Origin: Stramenopiles sp. TOSAG23-6
Lineage: Eukaryota
DNA length: 42,912 bases
Reading direction: 5' to 3'
Assembly: GCA_900128565.1 (NCBI GenBank)
Contig: LT635934.1
Location: forward strand, 1-42,912
Within the stretch, counting starts at the first letter, position 1. Each line of letters begins with the position of its first letter. A model generated the notes under the pieces. That model had not been told where the DNA came from and did not search any database. It saw nothing but the letters and a program-made list of their open reading frames with translations. Positions 31,001 to 39,334 of this stretch are shown one piece after another. The translations under genes were made by a program, and so were the position numbers.

Positions 31001-32608
31001 GAATTCAGCTACATTGATATCTGATGTCTTTGAACCCGCACTATATCGAAATTGTTTAAATGCTCGAGCAAGTTCTCCGGGGCCTCCAGATTTCCATTGT
31101 CTTACTTTGGAACGAAGCATCTTCACAACATTAACATTCTGTTCTGACTTTGTTTGTGCTTTATTAGTTCTTTGCTTTCTCCGTTCAACAGCACTAAATT
31201 GTTGTTGCTTCAACCACTTTGAACTTATTTGTAGTGCACCGTGTTTACTTTCATTCTTTTCAACTGCAACCCAGTCAGTCATACCACCAGTGACAATTGC
31301 TGTTGCAAAAGCAGATGGTTCCACTCCTCCTCTATTGTCTTTATCGAGAGACTCATATAAAGTACGACATGCATTATTTGTTGCCAAAACACCAATTTTC
31401 TTCAGTATCAATTTAAATCTAGAATAGCTGATTAGTTCATCTTCATCGATACCACAGATTTTGAACGCACGATAACATCCACGTCGACCTTTCACTCCGC
31501 GCGACTCAATCTTTTGTAAAAGTATCTCGAGTATAAGATTCGTGTCTTCCAGTAATACTCTTCTTTCATTGAATTCTTCGATTTGAGTTTCCTGTTCCTT
31601 AACTCTGCGACGCATAAACGATAAAATTGATTGACACTTTTGAGGGGATGTAACACATGAAGCTACAAATTCAGAGAAATTAATTATTCCGGTTTTATCG
31701 GGATCCATGGAGTCAAACAACGATGCTGTTTTTCGGTGATTACATAATTCCCAGTTTGCAACCCCACGACTAAATTCACTTTTAGTTATAAGAAGTTTAT
31801 TTGTACTGCTGCATTTACATCGGAAATGTGCAAATGCATCGCACAGACCATTACTTGATCCTTCGAGTCCCTTTAATTTAGTCATAATTGTACCAAACAA
31901 GTCATTTCCCGCAGAACGTTCGGCGGCAACCTTTTCCAGCCTCTTCTGGCGACGTATTTCATCCAATTTTTCTTGTTCCTCTTGTGCTTTTATCTTTTGC
32001 TTCATTATAAATTCGGTAGATGGTCGGCTGTTTCTGGAGTCTTTACCCTCAATTATACCTTCTAGCTCTTCATCCTGTAATTTATTGTACTGCTCCAAGG
32101 TCAATGATACTCCCTGCAAAGCTACAGCATCTGGTCCTAATAATCGTTCAAGGAAATCTTTGTATTTTATACTACCCAATTTCTCTGTATCCATGATATC
32201 AAATAACGACCTTATTGTTGATATAGAAGATACTCCACAATAACGAAGGGATGTGCGTAAACCTCTTTGGTTCACTCGGTCCTTAGAACGAGACTGCTTC
32301 ACTGCCTGAGATTTGAGAGCTCTTCGTAGTCCTGCAACTCCCATATTTGAACGTTCTACTTTTTTCCTTACCGATGCCCAAATTTCATCTTGAAAATTAC
32401 TAGTTGTTGTTTTTGAATCGATAAAGTCGTTGGCTTTAACTTCATCCAACGTGGATCGAGAAGCAGTGTTTTCAGTTGTGCGATTCCTACTTACACGCTG
32501 AGCTGCAGCAGTTCTACCACGCGATTGACTCCCACCAAGACTTGAACGTAACACATGTCTATTCTGCGCTGGTGGACGTTTTGATTTCATCATGGAGCGA
32601 ATGTTCAT
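28049..32608 (-). CDS. Large multi-EF-hand calcium-binding protein (EFCAB6-like architecture)
   Basis: About 9 EF-loop motifs (e.g. DPDKTGIINFSEF, DEDGSGNIDFGEF, DADGSGLIEFQEF, DVDMSGEITFDEF); one N at 28981. Confidence 0.88.
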   Translation of the reverse strand: MNIRSMMKSKRPPAQNRHVLRSSLGGSQSRGRTAAAQRVSRNRTTENTASRSTLDEVKANDFIDSKTTTSNFQDEIWASVRKKVERSNMGVAGLRRALKSQAVKQSRSKDRVNQRGLRTSLRYCGVSSISTIRSLFDIMDTEKLGSIKYKDFLERLLGPDAVALQGVSLTLEQYNKLQDEELEGIIEGKDSRNSRPSTEFIMKQKIKAQEEQEKLDEIRRQKRLEKVAAERSAGNDLFGTIMTKLKGLEGSSNGLCDAFAHFRCKCSSTNKLLITKSEFSRGVANWELCNHRKTASLFDSMDPDKTGIINFSEFVASCVTSPQKCQSILSFMRRRVKEQETQIEEFNERRVLLEDTNLILEILLQKIESRGVKGRRGCYRAFKICGIDEDELISYSRFKLILKKIGVLATNNACRTLYESLDKDNRGGVEPSAFATAIVTGGMTDWVAVEKNESKHGALQISSKWLKQQQFSAVERRKQRTNKAQTKSEQNVNVVKMLRSKVRQWKSGGPGELARAFKQFRYSAGSKTSDINVAEFRRLCQMWNIIDTENPENERLIQNGFDELDEDGSGNIDFGEFVQGLMETENVLGEATVNSSTEEEAKTKIKAQNLKLSHIHTVKNVLHTLRCKASDKLGSHPSRGLMYMLRTLVPPSYDTGNTSLDFKGFKFVLNTFGVICSESLKRQVFEQIDADGSGLIEFQEFLWVVFGEDEGYSQTAGLQFSEEINPDPSLKRRTAWAALTEKEKRAIRRDLKQSAKSKALDEEDPVKYLLKLFSQVSKSTSDTRRRFRRACTDFGGIQHTKLDFNQFHKALRGCGISCDDLTERIFNQLEKNGCGFIEVEEFLKLVPDATLKGGGRFEPHSDWMLAQAHQKREKRAHYTHLRVLKANPQNLKGAMKLLKDRVANKCNDDNAGGLLRLCRKLGMPSSYTQNGWNKLMQVLGLKMPTILSEQLFASIDVDMSGEITFDEFCDVLYNPVGTKAWIQRVNDLERLNKGNWEEDGRKLEAKLAKEAKERQIQEEIRLRRSRLSAMEVLREILVKGQLITADNLCLLFRRMASASAVVSARQFCTVITRLGGECNNASLARSAFLQADTENAGYINYTYFVKQLFSNVKLIDTRAARAAPLAPEEVRILKFLEETVPLRKLLGSLSFAARSGQGDDTLTLGDLRRGLQDLYDRSNFSQHKVSFARRSSSASKTSRKLKKRQVPMNXIPAPHPSQLLISDKGTARLFRRLDNAQQGRFNYKTFVHKLYKDGTKAVLEQGLYHDTWAITHCRESPKAARTCKRQDFDIHLRSTNSAQRYKIAQKMGARNVNAAAQSRKKQKATDALADALANVDVCSDGATFGNSTQGKRVWNAEDENTDKSGLRRKAWAPPRPPTPAVVKDSSSSSATGGGLNGVRAIRAKVDVNSIPDLSDLRGLSQRVNHGGLKSQRSNRSRLPTSRSRRSTTSISSTRSIGSVKYVPRKQHVGIHALLRHKKARDVTKEQLRLKREAQDKGKFFLGRGTRNIGRAWTPAPSAR

Positions 32609-32932
32609 TGTCGCACACTTTAATCACTTTTTTTGGAAACTTATCTAATCCCAAGGATTAGGATTAAGTTTTGAAGGGTAAATTGTAGAAGTAAGATACG
32701 CCCAACGGAACGTTTTTTTTCTTTTTTTGGTCGGTTACTTTTTTCTCGATCTTTTCGTTTTGCGTAAACATCAATATCTTATATACTGCTACTACCCCAC
32801 ATTACTTTACGATATATGTACACTAGATCTACCTACACAAGATTAAATTTACTCGCTTTCATCCATCGTTGTAATTCATCCATGAAGATGAATATTTTAA
32901 GGATAATCAATTGAATACCAGCGAAATAGGAA

Positions 32933-35900
32933 ATGAATATGTTTGAGGTGAGAAGTGAGTCTTCGGATTCATTCCAGTCTTCGGAATCATTCCAAGAAGT
33001 TGACGAATTAGCTAGTAATATAAAGTTGGGAGCTAGTGTTATTCCTGATATTCAGCATTCTTCATCAATCCATATGGAGAGTAAAAGAAATACATTCAAT
33101 CAAATATATAGATCAAATCTTCTTGAGAAAAAACTAAGTTGGAAAAGTGGACAGGTAAAGTCCCTTAAAGCAAAAATAAAAGCACTAGAAGTGAAATCTA
33201 ACTATGGAAAAAGACAGCATGCTTTGGGAATGAAAAACATGGAAGATAAAGTTAAAGATCTGGTCAAAACTAATCACAAAACCATTAAGGAAATAACTGA
33301 TTTGCATCAGCTTGAACTTGATAAATTAAAATATATTCATGAGAAAAAGATCATTGAGCTTGGTAACGAATTGCTTCAGAAGCACGCTGAAGAAAAAAAG
33401 CTTATTAGGAAATCTACGAATGAAATGTTAGAATTGAAGGATCAAACTATAAAAAAACAAGATCGGGAATTATATGAAGAACGATCACAAAATTGGAAAT
33501 TAGAAATCAATAATAAGGAGTTATCGAATTCTCATAGTTTAACTTTAAAAAGAAAGATAGAAAATCATCACGACGAAATTGTTTCACTTTCAAAGAAACA
33601 ACAACTATCACTAGAACAGCTTAAAACACTTCACGAATTAGAAAATTCAGGTAAGATACAGAACTTGAAGGCGAAACAGAGCGAGGTAATTCGGTTGTTA
33701 AAAATGAGAATACGTGCTGAGGAAGAAGCACACGAGGACACTAGAAAAAAGAGTAGCACTGCAATGGCTGAAGCTCATGGAATTCACAATAGTGCAATTC
33801 AAACACTATCAAAAAAACACCAGCAGGAAACTGAATCATTGAAAAAACAAAATGAACTTCAGTTGGCAATTTCAATGAAAAACCAAGCTAAAACACATCG
33901 ATCAGAAATTGACCGATTGAAGTCTCTTTCAGAAAATGATATTGGTCACTTTGAGGAACTTCTGAAACGCTCAGATGCCCAGGCTAAATTTCATAAGAGT
34001 AAAGTAAAAGAATGTGAAGAGAAACACGATGCTGTTTTAAAAAAACATGTAAATACATTAAATGAAAAAGAAAAGATGTCAGCAGATCTTCTCCGCAAAA
34101 CGATAAATCTGCATACAGAAGAGATTTCGAAAATCAAAGCTGAATACGAAAACAAACAAAATGCTGCTGTGCGAGAAATAGTAGAAAGTAATTCGTTAGA
34201 AATGCAACAAATGAAAGATGTAGCGCGCAAAACGAAAATAGAAATGGATGAAATAAAAATCAAGCACAAAGCTGAAGTTGATTCTCTTAATTGTAGCGTG
34301 GATGAAGTTAAAATACTTTATAACAAAGCCCTTCAAAAGCATGATGTAACAATGAACAAACAGAAACAACAACATGGGAATGATTTATTGGAGGTGGAAA
34401 GGAAATACGAAGAGAAGCTGTCCGTTTCAGCAAAGAAATTGCACTCTGATCATATCAAGAAAACGAGTAATCTTTCTGAGATACACTATAAAAAAATTGA
34501 AGAACTTGAAACTAAATTGAGAGACTGTGAAATAAATTGCGCTGCTGTACAGCAAGCTAAAGCAATAGAATTGAGTCAGAAAGATATCGCTCACAAAAAA
34601 GCTATGGCAGAATTATCTACTGCCCATATTGGGGCGATGGCAACTGCAGCCATCAAGTCAAATGGTGAATTGGAACATACAGTTGCCGAGATTTCCGATA
34701 AACACTTGTCGGAAACTAAGCGTATTACATCGCTGGCGGAACAGGACAAACAGAATTATTTAGACTTACTTGAAAAATGCAGATCAGAAACTTTGAAATA
34801 CAAGGCCGACGTTGAAGTGAATAAGCTCAATGATGCTAAAACATTAGAAAGACATGCAAAAATACTCTTAGATAAAGAAAAGGATCATGAAGCAACATTA
34901 CATGAAGTAAAACAAGTACATGAAAAACATCTTTCAAAACAAGCAAACGAACATGATTTAAAATGTTTAGAACTAGCAGAAAAATTCAAGAAACAGCAAG
35001 ATGACACATTATGTGAACTCCAAATTGAACGTAAAAGACATGGAAATACTTTATCAGAGTGGGAATCGAAATATAATCATGCTATACAAAAACATAAAAT
35101 ATCTGAACAGCGCATGGAAAATGCACACCACTTAGCCTTGGAAGAAATCCGTAAAGAGTTAAATGAAAAAAATACTTTCTTAGCAGCTAAATATTCTAGA
35201 GAAAATGCTGTTTTAGTGAATGATCTCAAAAGCATTCACGAAAAGCAGATTAGATCACTCCAGTCAGAACAATATACTGCGATAAACAAACTTAAAGATA
35301 ATCATGCGAAGGACGTAAAGGGATTAGAATTAGAATTACGAAATTGGGAAATTAGGTGCAACAAAAACAACAACACACACGCAGCAATGATCCGTGGTAC
35401 AGAAACAGCCCAACGAGATGCAATTCACACATTACGTCAAAAGCACGAAGTGGAACTATCTGATGTGGTAAGAAAGTATCATGGAGAACGCAAAGTTACA
35501 ATAACTGATTTGAAAAGCAAACATAGAGCAGAGGTCGAAGCTTTGAATACTAAAAATATAAAATTACAAAATGAATCTATTGAATGGGAAGAAAAGTATG
35601 CTAATTTGATGAATTCTACATCAATAAATAGTCGAGAGCAAGATAAAAAGCTTCACAAACAAATCTCCGAGTTGGAGGAATACCGACGCACAATTGCAGA
35701 GATGTCAGTGAAGCATCAAAAGAAAATTACGGATTTGACTTTAATTTCCAAAGATTGGGAAGAGAAACATACTAAGATGATGGCAAAATATCATATTTCG
35801 ATGAAGGATAAAGAAGATGAACACGCTACTGCTTTAGACTTACATTTGAATACTTTGAAGGAGACCAAGGAAGAGCATCAAAAGATTAAGACTGAAATGA

Positions 35901-36541
35901 TTGCGAAACATCATCATGAACTAGAAAAACAAAGGGGTGAGTTTGCGATTGGTCTCAAAAAGGAACTCAATCGTATGGCTAAAACACATTCAAAGGTAAT
36001 GAAACAACATGAAGCAGCTTCAAAAAAAGATCAAAAAAGGGTTGATGCTATCATACGTGAACACAATAATGAACTGAAGCAGTACAATAAATCAATTGGA
36101 TCATTTTGGGAACATCAAGAAAGGTTCCAAAAAGATGCAATTAATGCAATATTAACAAAATACGAAGCTGAACTTGAAATATCAATGAAAAAGTATAGAG
36201 GAGATGTTAACCTAGCAATTCGTGAAGTTGTAGGGAGACACACAAAAGAGATATCAAGAAATATATCTAAAGCAGTTATACATTGGCTTGCAATCGAATC
36301 TCTGAAAGAATCGCACAAGAAAGAATTTGACTCATTTCTGAAGAATAGATCTGAGTCATATAAACCCTCAGATGTGAATTCTAAAGAAACTAATTACGCT
36401 GATGCTGTAGATAAACTTCAGAAAAAGTATCAACCTGAAGTACTAAATTTCAAAAAAAGTAATCTCGCCTCAGCACTTCAATGTGAAGTAATAGCAAATA
36501 CAACAGAATGGGTCAAAGAACGGAAGTTTGATACAGGTTGA
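32933..36541 (+). CDS. Large His/Lys/Glu-rich coiled-coil protein, unknown function
   Basis: 1202-aa uninterrupted ORF, almost Pro-free, with recurring KHxxE-like helical motifs. Confidence 0.85.
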   Translation: MNMFEVRSESSDSFQSSESFQEVDELASNIKLGASVIPDIQHSSSIHMESKRNTFNQIYRSNLLEKKLSWKSGQVKSLKAKIKALEVKSNYGKRQHALGMKNMEDKVKDLVKTNHKTIKEITDLHQLELDKLKYIHEKKIIELGNELLQKHAEEKKLIRKSTNEMLELKDQTIKKQDRELYEERSQNWKLEINNKELSNSHSLTLKRKIENHHDEIVSLSKKQQLSLEQLKTLHELENSGKIQNLKAKQSEVIRLLKMRIRAEEEAHEDTRKKSSTAMAEAHGIHNSAIQTLSKKHQQETESLKKQNELQLAISMKNQAKTHRSEIDRLKSLSENDIGHFEELLKRSDAQAKFHKSKVKECEEKHDAVLKKHVNTLNEKEKMSADLLRKTINLHTEEISKIKAEYENKQNAAVREIVESNSLEMQQMKDVARKTKIEMDEIKIKHKAEVDSLNCSVDEVKILYNKALQKHDVTMNKQKQQHGNDLLEVERKYEEKLSVSAKKLHSDHIKKTSNLSEIHYKKIEELETKLRDCEINCAAVQQAKAIELSQKDIAHKKAMAELSTAHIGAMATAAIKSNGELEHTVAEISDKHLSETKRITSLAEQDKQNYLDLLEKCRSETLKYKADVEVNKLNDAKTLERHAKILLDKEKDHEATLHEVKQVHEKHLSKQANEHDLKCLELAEKFKKQQDDTLCELQIERKRHGNTLSEWESKYNHAIQKHKISEQRMENAHHLALEEIRKELNEKNTFLAAKYSRENAVLVNDLKSIHEKQIRSLQSEQYTAINKLKDNHAKDVKGLELELRNWEIRCNKNNNTHAAMIRGTETAQRDAIHTLRQKHEVELSDVVRKYHGERKVTITDLKSKHRAEVEALNTKNIKLQNESIEWEEKYANLMNSTSINSREQDKKLHKQISELEEYRRTIAEMSVKHQKKITDLTLISKDWEEKHTKMMAKYHISMKDKEDEHATALDLHLNTLKETKEEHQKIKTEMIAKHHHELEKQRGEFAIGLKKELNRMAKTHSKVMKQHEAASKKDQKRVDAIIREHNNELKQYNKSIGSFWEHQERFQKDAINAILTKYEAELEISMKKYRGDVNLAIREVVGRHTKEISRNISKAVIHWLAIESLKESHKKEFDSFLKNRSESYKPSDVNSKETNYADAVDKLQKKYQPEVLNFKKSNLASALQCEVIANTTEWVKERKFDTG

Positions 36542-36675
36542 AACACAGCATATTAAAATTCTCAAAAATAAACATGATAATTCTTTTAGGTATTTTTATT
36601 TTTCTACCAACATACATTCGTCAGTTAAGGTTAATATGTTTTGGACATTTCATATTTTTGAAAATGCACAATATT

Positions 36676-38055
36676 TTAATTACGTAACACAGCAGATGCT
36701 ACTAAAGTTACCAAACCACACCAATACAGTGACATTAATGCCAACTGTGAAAAGGCTGGTTTCAAGGTAGTTTGAATCGTTGAATACGGAGAATTTTTGT
36801 CAGCCAGAATAAAAAGATGAGCAGTTGATAATGCTGCAGCACCAGTTAAGCCAAGCCACTGTGGAAGCGATTCTTGTTTTAAAGAAATTGGATGTCCGTA
36901 ACCAATTCTTGCAGCCGCGCGCCAACACATACCCCCAATAACACCAAAGAAAGTACAAAGTATAGCATCCAAACGAAAATCACCTAATCTGGTGGACATG
37001 AACAATAACATTAGCGGTACAATGGTGATTAACATTAGAGTGGCTTCAAATGGAACGAGTTCACCTTTGTGTGTCGCTGAGTTAAATGCAAGAGCAAAAG
37101 CAAAATTTCCAACTGTGTAGGACATAAGCATTACAATAAAATTCGAAGTTTCATCACTTCTAAGTGGATTGATGTTAATATGCTGTAATATTTCTGCTGC
37201 AATATACCACACCATTCCAATGGCAATCCATCTTGCGTATTTTTCTTTTTCTCCCTTGACTTTAAGCACTGCAAAAAGAGAAATTAGGGATGGAACTACC
37301 ATTGTGGAAAGACGAATCCAACGCAACACTGACTGTGCTCCTTTCAATGTACCATCTTCGTACATTTTTGCAACATTTGTTTCATGCACACCATTGGTAG
37401 TGTCTTCCCAACCTGTTTCACTTGGGCTGTCCAAAATATTTGCAGGCCACCACCAAGGGCCCTGAGCGCCGTGAGTTTTTAGTGTTCTTTCAAGACCTCC
37501 GTGTACAAGAAAAGCACAGAGAACGTTTGATACAATACAAAAACCTAAAAATGTAAATAATAGAATTGCTCTTACATTAATACCTTCTGATATATCGTGG
37601 AATGAGGGCACTCTTCCTCTTGATTCTTTGGGTGTCTTCACTGATTTCTTAGTTTTGGTTTTGGGTGTTCGTTTCTTGAGTTTTGGAGACTCAGACTGTG
37701 GAGATGATTGTTTTGAAGATGAAGATTTACGAAGGGGTGTCTTCGATCGACTTCGCTTGGTTGGTGTTTTCTTGGGTGTCCCCTTTTTAGATTTTATTGG
37801 TGTTTTCTTGGGTGTCCCCTTTTTAGATTTTATTGGTGTTTTCTTGCCTGCTCCTTTTTTAGCCTTCAATTTTTTTTCGAACTCTTGGATATCCTTCTTC
37901 ATACCATCGGATATCATGTGTTTCCGAGTTTCCCATGTGTTGTCCGAAGTGGAATAACCTTCCCATTTGATCAAATATTGAATAACCCCTTTATGCTTTC
38001 TTTTATCCAGGATTTTTTCAATAGTAAAGTATTCATCTGCATCTGCATTTCCCAT
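36676..38055 (-). CDS. Chromodomain + basic TPxK linker + YhhN/TMEM86-like multi-pass membrane protein
   Basis: EYFTIEKILDKR....QYLIKWEGY...NTWE chromodomain; C-terminal helices with MCWRA, GAAAL and LYWCG..LVASA similar to the YhhN family. Confidence 0.85.
   Translation of the reverse strand: MGNADADEYFTIEKILDKRKHKGVIQYLIKWEGYSTSDNTWETRKHMISDGMKKDIQEFEKKLKAKKGAGKKTPIKSKKGTPKKTPIKSKKGTPKKTPTKRSRSKTPLRKSSSSKQSSPQSESPKLKKRTPKTKTKKSVKTPKESRGRVPSFHDISEGINVRAILLFTFLGFCIVSNVLCAFLVHGGLERTLKTHGAQGPWWWPANILDSPSETGWEDTTNGVHETNVAKMYEDGTLKGAQSVLRWIRLSTMVVPSLISLFAVLKVKGEKEKYARWIAIGMVWYIAAEILQHININPLRSDETSNFIVMLMSYTVGNFAFALAFNSATHKGELVPFEATLMLITIVPLMLLFMSTRLGDFRLDAILCTFFGVIGGMCWRAAARIGYGHPISLKQESLPQWLGLTGAAALSTAHLFILADKNSPYSTIQTTLKPAFSQLALMSLYWCGLVTLVASAVLRN
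37761..37846. repeat. Coding tandem repeat, 36-bp unit x ~2.4 (KKTPIKSKKGTP)
   Basis: Exact repeats start at 37761 and 37797, with a partial copy at 37833. Confidence 0.95.
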
Positions 38056-38161
38056 TTTGCTATCTTCGAGATGAGAGAGTTGCTCGATCTCAGATCATTC
38101 ATTCAAATACGCCTCAGGTTCGCGTGTACACGTTTTTTTTTGAAGTCGAAGTCAGTGTTTA

Positions 38162-38173
38162 TTTCCCGCCAAA
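38162..38173. promoter_or_regulatory. Canonical E2F site TTTCCCGCCAAA upstream of the chromodomain gene
   Basis: Double-overlapping E2F consensus ~107 bp upstream of the ATG at 38055. Confidence 0.55.
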
Positions 38174-38287
38174 AACAAACACGAAAAACCTTCAAAAATT
38201 CAAAGACATCAGATGTCGATGACAAATTGACGATCGAAGTTCGAAGTTCGAGCCTCGAGGTATAAAATAGTAGTATGAAGCAAAAAT

Positions 38288-39295
38288 ATGAAAAGCATTT
38301 ATCAATGTAATGTAGTAGGAGTATTCTTTGTAGCTCTTTTTTTTCTTTTAAGCCATCAATATATTTTAAATCATAAAAATGTTGTGGAACTCAAACTTGC
38401 ATTCTGTCCCGGGATAGGTACAAACAATCGTGGAATAATTTATAACAAAGTCCCAAAATCTGCAAGTACTACAGTTGTTGAGTGGATGAAAATACGAAGT
38501 ACAGAAGTATCAAAACTTAATAGTGACAAGCATTCTAATATTCTGATTCGTGTCTTTGGTAACCCAAAGCATAGATGGTTTACCCCGTATCAAGAAAAAG
38601 AACTAATAGTGCACTTTACACGCCTTACTAAAGTTTATCCAAAGTTTGTATATATCCGGCACATGTTTTGGCCCAATTTTGCCCTCTATAGTCAAAACAA
38701 ACCTACAATGCTAACAGTGGTCCGCCACCCTGTTGATCGTTGTATTTCTCGATATTATTATGAAATTTCAAGTGGTAGATTGAAAAATGAAAGTCTTGAT
38801 GATTGTATATTATCTGATCGTTGTCGTTTTAAAGAGTGGAATATTCTTGAAGCGAAACGAGAATATAGTTCTTCAAATGAAGATTCGATGCTGCTTTTAT
38901 TGGATGAATGTAATAATTATTTGACCCGTTGGTTTTGCGGTCATAGTGCAGAATGTCATCCTAGTTCAAATCAAACAGCAGTGCAGTCAAACAAAAAAGC
39001 ATTACTCTTGGCCAAGAAAAGAGTCCAAGAAGAATATATTTACGTTGGTTTGGCAGAAGATTTAGTAAATAGCCTTGTTGTTATTCAAAAGATGATGCCA
39101 ACATATTTCGGTAGCAATACTCTCTGGAGAAACAAACATCTACCAAGAAAAAATATGAGTAATCGTCCACAGTCAGTGATGCGTAGAAGCGTATTAGAGC
39201 TATTGCTCAAATTAAATGAATTTGATGTGGAGTTATATGAATACATAAAGCAACTTCATTATAATAAATTGAAAAGGTGTCAAGTTCATTCATAA
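38288..39295 (+). CDS. Golgi type II membrane sulfotransferase (heparan sulfate/uronyl 2-O-sulfotransferase-like)
   Basis: N-terminal TM; 5'-PSB motif IIYNKVPKSASTT; 3'-PB motif VRHPVDRCISRYYY; WFCGH; ELYEY. Confidence 0.85.
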   Translation: MKSIYQCNVVGVFFVALFFLLSHQYILNHKNVVELKLAFCPGIGTNNRGIIYNKVPKSASTTVVEWMKIRSTEVSKLNSDKHSNILIRVFGNPKHRWFTPYQEKELIVHFTRLTKVYPKFVYIRHMFWPNFALYSQNKPTMLTVVRHPVDRCISRYYYEISSGRLKNESLDDCILSDRCRFKEWNILEAKREYSSSNEDSMLLLLDECNNYLTRWFCGHSAECHPSSNQTAVQSNKKALLLAKKRVQEEYIYVGLAEDLVNSLVVIQKMMPTYFGSNTLWRNKHLPRKNMSNRPQSVMRRSVLELLLKLNEFDVELYEYIKQLHYNKLKRCQVHS

Positions 39296-39334
39296 AAATA
39301 ACAAATAAAAATGTATAATTCTTTTTATATGTGT

